A stretch of 50,267 bases of DNA from Patescibacteria group bacterium (lineage in GTDB: Bacteria; Patescibacteriota; Patescibacteriia; Magasanikbacterales; UBA922). This document shows, piece by piece, positions 45,101 through 50,267 of this stretch. How positions within the stretch are numbered: the stretch's first letter is position 1; each line of letters opens with the position of its first letter. Under the pieces are notes generated by a model. It was not told where the DNA came from, ran no database searches, and was given only the letters and a program-made list of their open reading frames with translations. Made by a program: the position numbers and the translations under genes. The stretch covers positions 1 to 50,267 of the forward strand of contig JAHJIX010000011.1 in assembly GCA_018823045.1 (NCBI GenBank). Direction: 5' to 3'.

Positions 45101-45978
45101 CACTCTGGACGAATGTTATTTTTATAAAAACTCTTTAATAGTTTCATGCGACGAATAATCCGTTCACGTTTTGCTCCTTTACTCTTTGTCATTTCTGTTT
45201 GAAGATTTTTAAGTGTTTCCTCAAAATCTAATTTTTCAAGTAATTCACGAATAGCTCCGGCACCAATCCCCGCCTCAAACAAATGACCATAGCGCAGAGC
45301 AAGCTCTTGATATCTATTTTCTGAAATAATAGAAAGCATATTGATTTCTTTCAATTCTGCTTCTGCTGAAGAAAAATCTTCATCAAGTGCCTCATGCTTT
45401 TCTGCATATGTTTTTTCAACATCTGCTTTTGTCATTCCTGACCCAGCTTCAATTAATTCCAATGCTTTTTTTGCTTCTTGTTCTAGTTGTTTTTTCTTTT
45501 GTTTATATTCATCTTTTAGCAATTGTACTGTTTCTGCTTTTGCGTCTTCATCAATAGACATAATAATAAATGACGCAAAATACACCACTTTTTCAAGTGC
45601 TTGAATTGACAAATCTAAAATCAACCCAACTTTAGATGGAATAGAACGTAAAAACCAAATGTGTGTTACCGGAGTTGCAAGCTCAATATGCCCCATACGT
45701 TCACGACGTACCAATGAATTGGTTACCTCTACACCACACTTATCACACACAATTCCTTTATATCTAATTTTTTTATATTTTCCACAATAACATTCCCAAT
45801 CTTTGGTTGGTCCAAAAATTTCTTCTGCAAACAAACCACTTTTTTCTGGTTTTTGCGTTCGATAATTAATGGTTTCAGGTTTTACTACTTCTCCATAAGA
45901 CCATTGATGAATGACCTCTGGTGATGCAAGACGCAAAGCAAGTGCGTCAAAGTCTTTTGAAATATATTCGCGAGTCAT
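42103..45978 (-). CDS. rpoC: DNA-directed RNA polymerase beta' subunit
   Basis: NADFDGD active site, CYCGKY..CDKC zinc finger, GEPGTQLTMRTFH; ATG 45978. Confidence 0.99.
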   Translation of the reverse strand: MTREYISKDFDALALRLASPEVIHQWSYGEVVKPETINYRTQKPEKSGLFAEEIFGPTKDWECYCGKYKKIRYKGIVCDKCGVEVTNSLVRRERMGHIELATPVTHIWFLRSIPSKVGLILDLSIQALEKVVYFASFIIMSIDEDAKAETVQLLKDEYKQKKKQLEQEAKKALELIEAGSGMTKADVEKTYAEKHEALDEDFSSAEAELKEINMLSIISENRYQELALRYGHLFEAGIGAGAIRELLEKLDFEETLKNLQTEMTKSKGAKRERIIRRMKLLKSFYKNNIRPEWMILTAIPIIPPDLRPMVALDGGRFATSDLNDLYRRVINRNNRLKRLMSLNAPEVICRNEKRMLQEAIDALIDNNARASKTVTASTGQKRQLRSLADILKGKQGRFRQNLLGKRVDYSGRSVIVVGPHLHIDECGLPKRMALELFKPFVMSEIIKRELAHNVRSASRFIETNAPEVWDILEELTTKTRVLLNRAPTLHRLGIQAFRPRLVEGKAIRLHPLVTPAFNADFDGDQMAVHLPLTEEAKWEAENLMASENNILKPATGSPVVTPQQDIALGSYYLTKYAENDTGKVSRYFSSIKEVKHAYSIRQISLKERVVVRFDDMSKFEEGQSHLVETSIGRILFNEVLPNKLPYYNESVTKKHLGQIIQMLLEFYGQAPTAAVLDSMKELGFKYATKSGYSLGMSDFGDIKEKAAILEQGDIDVQEVEGQYQEGLLTDSERHAKVLEIWTEVKEKVVSHNKQALDKDGPVFAMIDSGARGSWGQLGQVIGMKGLVASPSGDIIELPVKGNFKEGFEAIEFFISSHGTRKGLSDMALRTANAGYLTRRLVDVAQDVVVKEEDCGDTTGEIITKEVSENMNKKLSDRVAGRYVLADVLGADGSVVLKKGGLITAPVAREVHKAGVESVHVRSVLQCTLPKGICAKCYGTDLSDNEPAEKGLAAGTIAAQSIGEPGTQLTMRTFHLGGIAGGGDITQGLPRVEELLESRKPKRKATLSEVAGSVEVEDADGKIITSPTGRKIFEGRRGQKIVKVHFEGMEELVLTFKKTDDVRVEEGQKVKKGDVLVVRGDSGEKIKAEYGGAISIEKRKITLRYEGRHTKEYVIPMGYKLWVKDGDVIEKGDQLTEGSIDLKELFELKGRDAVQRYILEEIQQIYSAQGQSLNDKHIEIIIKQMFSRVYVQESGDTDLLPGEVVEKSQLLIANAHARKDGKKEAKGREMFLGISKVALSTQSFLSSASFQETSKVLINAAITGKIDYLDGLKENVIIGRLIPVGTGFKEDK

Positions 45979-46080
45979 AAAAGCGAGGATCAACTTCTTT
46001 GTCACCTACCGCATGAAGGCTGAGCAACAAAGTATATAAATAAGGGATATTCGTAGCAAGCTACAAGAAATTATTTATGC

Positions 46081-49000
46081 TTATTCAACATCAGTAGTAA
46101 AATCACTATCTGTTGATTGTTTTCTATCTTGTTTTATCTTTTGTAATACTTCTTCTGCAGGATGTAATTCACCACTTGCATCTCTTTTTAATGGTTGCAT
46201 ATCAAGACACAACCCTTTCATTTCTCGGACAAGAACATTAAATGACTCTGGTAAATTCACCCGAGTAATTGGTTCATTTTTAATAATAGCCTCATACGCT
46301 TTTGAACGCCCTGGCACATCATCTGATTTAATGGTCAAAATTTCTTGCAATGTATGCGCTGCTCCATATGCTTGAAGCGCCCATACTTCCATTTCTCCAA
46401 ACCGTTGTCCACCAAACTGCGCTTTACCACCTAATGGTTGTTGCGTAATTAAACTATATGGCCCAATTGATCGTTGATGGATTTTATCTTCTACCATGTG
46501 ATTAAGCTTCAACATATAACTGTACCCAACTGTTGTCTTATGATCAAAAGCTTCTCCTGTTCTTCCATCAAACAACTGCAATTGTCCATCACGAGGAAAT
46601 CCAGCTCGCTCTAATTCATCTTGAATTGTTTTTTCATCAATACCATTTAATGGCAATGTTGCTGCAGTATAACCAAGCGCATTTGCCGCAAGACCCAAAT
46701 GAGTTTCAAGTAATTGACCCAAATTCATACGAGAAATAACACCGAGTGGTGACAAGATAATGTCAACTGGCGTGCCATCTTCTAAAAATGGCATGTCTTC
46801 TACTGGGACCACACGAGAAATAACACCTTTATTTCCGTGACGTCCAGCCATTTTATCCCCTACTTGAATTTTACGCATGTCAGCAACGGTCACTTGTACT
46901 TGTTTAATAACTCCTGGTTGTAATTTATCTCCTTCATCAGCAGAAAATACACGAACATCAGTAATTTTCCCGTGTTCACCATGCTCTAAATAAAGTGATG
47001 AATCACGTACATCACGTGCTTTTTCTCCAAAGATTGCACGAAGTAATCGCTCTTCTGGAGTAAGCTCTGTTTCTCCTTTTGGAGTAATTTTTCCAACAAG
47101 GATATCCCCAGATTGTGCTTCAGCACCAATACGAATAATTCCTTCTGCATCAAGATTTTTTAATTTTTCTTCACTTACATTTGGAATATCACTTGTTACA
47201 AGCTCTGGTCCTAATTTTGTTTCACGCACATCATTTGCATAATCATCAATATGTACTGATGTATAACGATCACGTTGAACAAGACGCTCTGAAATGATAA
47301 TTGCATCTTCATAATTATATCCATCCCATGCCATATACGCTACCAAGACATTTTGTCCAAGCGCTAATTCACCATCTTTAATTGATGGACCATCACATAA
47401 TCGATCACCTTTTTTTACTTTGTCGCCAACATCAACAACTGAACGTTGATTAATAGAACTTGAAGCATTTGATCGTAAAAATTTATTTAAACGATAGTTA
47501 TATACTTTTCCTTTTGCCGTTAACTCAATCCGATCACCATCAATTGCGGTAATCACACCATCTTCATCAGCAAAAAGAACGTGTCCACTATTTTCTGCTG
47601 CAGCGCGCTCAATACCAGTACCCACAAGTGGCGCATCTGGTGTAATACATGGAACAGACTGTCGTTGCATGTTTGTTCCCATCAAAGCACGAGTCGCATC
47701 ATCATGTTCCAAAAACGGAATCATACTTGTCGCAATACTCAAAAGTTGATTTGATGCAACATCTAAAAATTCAATATTATCAACGTCGACAGTAGACGCT
47801 TCTCCATGCACACGAGCAGGAACACGTTTATCTAAAAAATATCCATTTTCATCAGTATCAAGTGTAGCACTTGCCGTTGTATATCTTTCTTCTTCAATCG
47901 CATTAAGATACAAAATAGTATTAGTTAATCGTGCTTTAACTTTAATGTCTTTAATGTCTTTTTTTGCTGCTAATTTTTTAGCAATTTCTGTTGTAATTTT
48001 TTCACCCTCTTTTACTACATCTTTAATCGTTTCTCTACTAATTTCACCTTCGGTGAGTGATGCATCATTAGCTACTTTATTAATAACACGACGATACGGG
48101 GTCTCCAAAAAGCCAAAACTATTAATTTTTGCATAACTTGCTAAATGGCCAACTAACCCAATATTTGGTCCCTCAGGGGTAGCAATCGGACAAATTCTTC
48201 CGTAATGAGTTGTATGCACATCACGCACCTCAAATCCAGCACGATCACGAGAAAGTCCACCAGGCCCAAGTGCAGAAACACGACGTTTATGTTCAAGCTC
48301 TGCCAATGGATTAATTTGATCCATGAATTGAGATAACTGTGAACTCATAAAAAATTCACGAATAGCACCGATCACTGGACGAGCATTAATCAATTTATTT
48401 GGAAGTAAACCTTCAAGCTCATAAGTACTCATTCTGTCTTTAATAATACGCTCCATACGAGCAATACCAATACGGAAACGATCTTGTACTAATTCACCAA
48501 TTGCACGAATACGACGATTTCCTAAATGGTCAATATCATCAGGAAGCTCTTGGCTTACATTTAAGCGAATGATTTCTTTTAATACTAATACCAATTTTTC
48601 AGGAGAAAGCACTCGTTGTTCTTTTTTATCAAATTCGTCTTCTTCTAATCCTAAAGCAAATTTAGCATCAAATTTATACATACCAACTCGCCCAAGATCA
48701 TATCGATCAAAGTTAAAAAACATGGCATGGATAAGCCCTTTTGCATTGTCAGCCGTTGCTAAATCACCTGGTCGAATACGTTTATATACCTCAATTAACC
48801 CTTCATCTTCTGTCGTTGCAGCATCTTTTGCAAGCGTATTTTCAATAAAACTAATGTTTGGGTGAGTATCAACATCTTTAAATAATTCAATAAGTTCTTC
48901 ATTTGTTTGTGAACCAAAAGCACGTAGTAATGAAGTTGCTGCCACCTTTCTTTTTCGATCTACTTTAATCCAGAGTACATTATTTGTATCTGTTTCAATT

Positions 49001-49512
49001 TCAATCCAGGCTCCACGATTTGGAATAATTTTTGCTCCATAATAATTACGACCGCGTAAATTATTTGCAGTAAAGTAAGCACCAGGACTACGAATCAACT
49101 GTGAAATAATAACACGCTCAATACCATTAATAATAAAGGTACCGCGATCAGTCATCACTGGCACGTCTCCCAAATAAATTTCTTGCGCATGCTCTTGCCC
49201 TGTACGACGATTAAGTAACCGTGTTTTTACGCGAAGCGGTGCATCAAATGAAATATTTTTTTCACGACTTGTTACCTCGTCAAACTTTGGCTCATCAATA
49301 CTGTAATCCTCGAGATAAAGCTCCAAATCACGTCCGGTAAAGTCCGTAATTGGTGAGGCTTCTTCAAATAAATCCTTAATCCCTTGATCTAAAAACCATG
49401 CATATGATGATTTTTGTGTTGCAATTAAATCTGGAAGGGGCATGGCTTCCCGTTTTTCCGTAAAAAATCGGCGTTCACTGGCTTTTACCCTCTTTCGTTT
49501 ATAAATTGGCAT
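46081..49512 (-). CDS. rpoB: DNA-directed RNA polymerase beta subunit
   Basis: RDVHTTHYGRICP, GDKMAGRHGNKG, GQRFGEMEVWAL. Confidence 0.99.
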   Translation of the reverse strand: MPIYKRKRVKASERRFFTEKREAMPLPDLIATQKSSYAWFLDQGIKDLFEEASPITDFTGRDLELYLEDYSIDEPKFDEVTSREKNISFDAPLRVKTRLLNRRTGQEHAQEIYLGDVPVMTDRGTFIINGIERVIISQLIRSPGAYFTANNLRGRNYYGAKIIPNRGAWIEIETDTNNVLWIKVDRKRKVAATSLLRAFGSQTNEELIELFKDVDTHPNISFIENTLAKDAATTEDEGLIEVYKRIRPGDLATADNAKGLIHAMFFNFDRYDLGRVGMYKFDAKFALGLEEDEFDKKEQRVLSPEKLVLVLKEIIRLNVSQELPDDIDHLGNRRIRAIGELVQDRFRIGIARMERIIKDRMSTYELEGLLPNKLINARPVIGAIREFFMSSQLSQFMDQINPLAELEHKRRVSALGPGGLSRDRAGFEVRDVHTTHYGRICPIATPEGPNIGLVGHLASYAKINSFGFLETPYRRVINKVANDASLTEGEISRETIKDVVKEGEKITTEIAKKLAAKKDIKDIKVKARLTNTILYLNAIEEERYTTASATLDTDENGYFLDKRVPARVHGEASTVDVDNIEFLDVASNQLLSIATSMIPFLEHDDATRALMGTNMQRQSVPCITPDAPLVGTGIERAAAENSGHVLFADEDGVITAIDGDRIELTAKGKVYNYRLNKFLRSNASSSINQRSVVDVGDKVKKGDRLCDGPSIKDGELALGQNVLVAYMAWDGYNYEDAIIISERLVQRDRYTSVHIDDYANDVRETKLGPELVTSDIPNVSEEKLKNLDAEGIIRIGAEAQSGDILVGKITPKGETELTPEERLLRAIFGEKARDVRDSSLYLEHGEHGKITDVRVFSADEGDKLQPGVIKQVQVTVADMRKIQVGDKMAGRHGNKGVISRVVPVEDMPFLEDGTPVDIILSPLGVISRMNLGQLLETHLGLAANALGYTAATLPLNGIDEKTIQDELERAGFPRDGQLQLFDGRTGEAFDHKTTVGYSYMLKLNHMVEDKIHQRSIGPYSLITQQPLGGKAQFGGQRFGEMEVWALQAYGAAHTLQEILTIKSDDVPGRSKAYEAIIKNEPITRVNLPESFNVLVREMKGLCLDMQPLKRDASGELHPAEEVLQKIKQDRKQSTDSDFTTDVE

Positions 49513-49538
49513 ACGCGTTATAAGGAAAAATTAGTAGA

Positions 49539-49584
49539 AATAGAAAAGAAATATGTGTGACATCACATGTATTTCTTTTCTATT
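49539..49584. promoter_or_regulatory. 22-bp inverted repeat in the rpoB leader
   Basis: AATAGAAAAGAAATATGTGTGA-ca-TCACATGTATTTCTTTTCTATT, 20 of 22 positions complementary. Confidence 0.7.
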
Positions 49585-50066
49585 CCTGAGAATCTGTCTC
49601 TATATCCCCTTGTACAGGATATTGAAATAGTTTCTTAATTAATAAAAGGTCAAAATACAAAAAATTGGCTAATTGTTACACCGCCATTATGATTTAAATT
49701 AAGATATCAATAGAAAAAGAATCTGTTCGCATAGATTTTTATGGTCTTTTTTGGAAAAAGAGCACGCGTGTTCACCGTTCTTTTTTAGCTTATTTTAGCC
49801 AAAACCCATGAAAAATGAACCTTTTTACTAGCTGATATATCATACCTAAAAAAACAGAGTTTGTCAACTCATGCATGTGTATAAGTTTCTGTTGTTATAC
49901 ATCCCAATTTGCATAGGGCATATACAGTATATCATATTTTATAAAAACATGTAAATTTTCCCGAATTCAATGAATTAGAGCCCAGGTCTAGAGTTGTTAT
50001 TAGATAAAAAGCGTTGAATAATTTCGTTAGGTGTTAAATAATTGAGAGATTTTCTAGGTCTATTAT

Positions 50067-50267
50067 TTAATTGTTCTTGTATATCATATATTTCTCTATC
50101 TGTAATGGTATCAAGATTTGTTTTTCTTGGTAAGTATTGTCTAATAAGACCATTAATATTTTCAACCCCACCTTTTTGCCAACTTTTGTAGGAGTCACAG
50201 AAGAATGTAAGTATACCATATATATCTCGGAGTTGTGTATGTCTTGCGGCTTCCCCTCCGTTGTCAA
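50067..50267 (-). CDS. Probable 3' end of a gene running off the window
   Basis: Open frame to the window edge; no recognisable motif. Confidence 0.45.
   Translation of the reverse strand: MTTEGKPQDIHNSEIYMVYLHSSVTPTKVGKKVGLKILMVLLDNTYQEKQILIPLQIEKYMIYKNN

Overview
AT-rich bacterial chromosomal segment. Gene content and order (rpsO-NYN-pnp, DUF4012 protein, TrmB-type regulator, rpoB not preceded by rplL) suggest a Patescibacteria/CPR genome; this is inference. Bases 1-26.3 kb and 42.1-49.5 kb are mostly housekeeping: mltG, rpmF-nusB-rnc, two tRNAs, nusA, trpS, pnp, rpsO, ruvC, yebC, rpoC and rpoB. This part also holds a Fic/RhuM gene bracketed by type III Mod remnants, an 1822-aa double-GHKL-ATPase/HExxH protein, and a TrpR operator plus trpR plus an unannotated Trp-rich leader peptide attenuator upstream of trpS. 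The most unusual part is the accessory region at about 26.4-42.0 kb. There, co-oriented genes of very different GC content are separated by long hairpin-dense spacers. The genes are two radical-SAM-like proteins (one apparently circularly permuted), a cysteine desulfurase, DUF3228-like and DHH-like proteins, and small Arg- or Cys-rich ORFs. The spacers reuse a small set of motifs, always on the sense strand: terminator-like hairpins with a conserved (U/A)(U/A)GCAC loop, hairpins with covarying stems and an invariant GCAAU loop, and a ~100-nt leader motif duplicated behind two consensus promoters. Both promoters carry the same palindromic operator as the neighbouring TrmB-family regulator. This looks like an undescribed RNA-structured, regulator-controlled gene array, possibly an antitermination or gene-capture system. 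All identifications are by eye; no database search or folding program was run.
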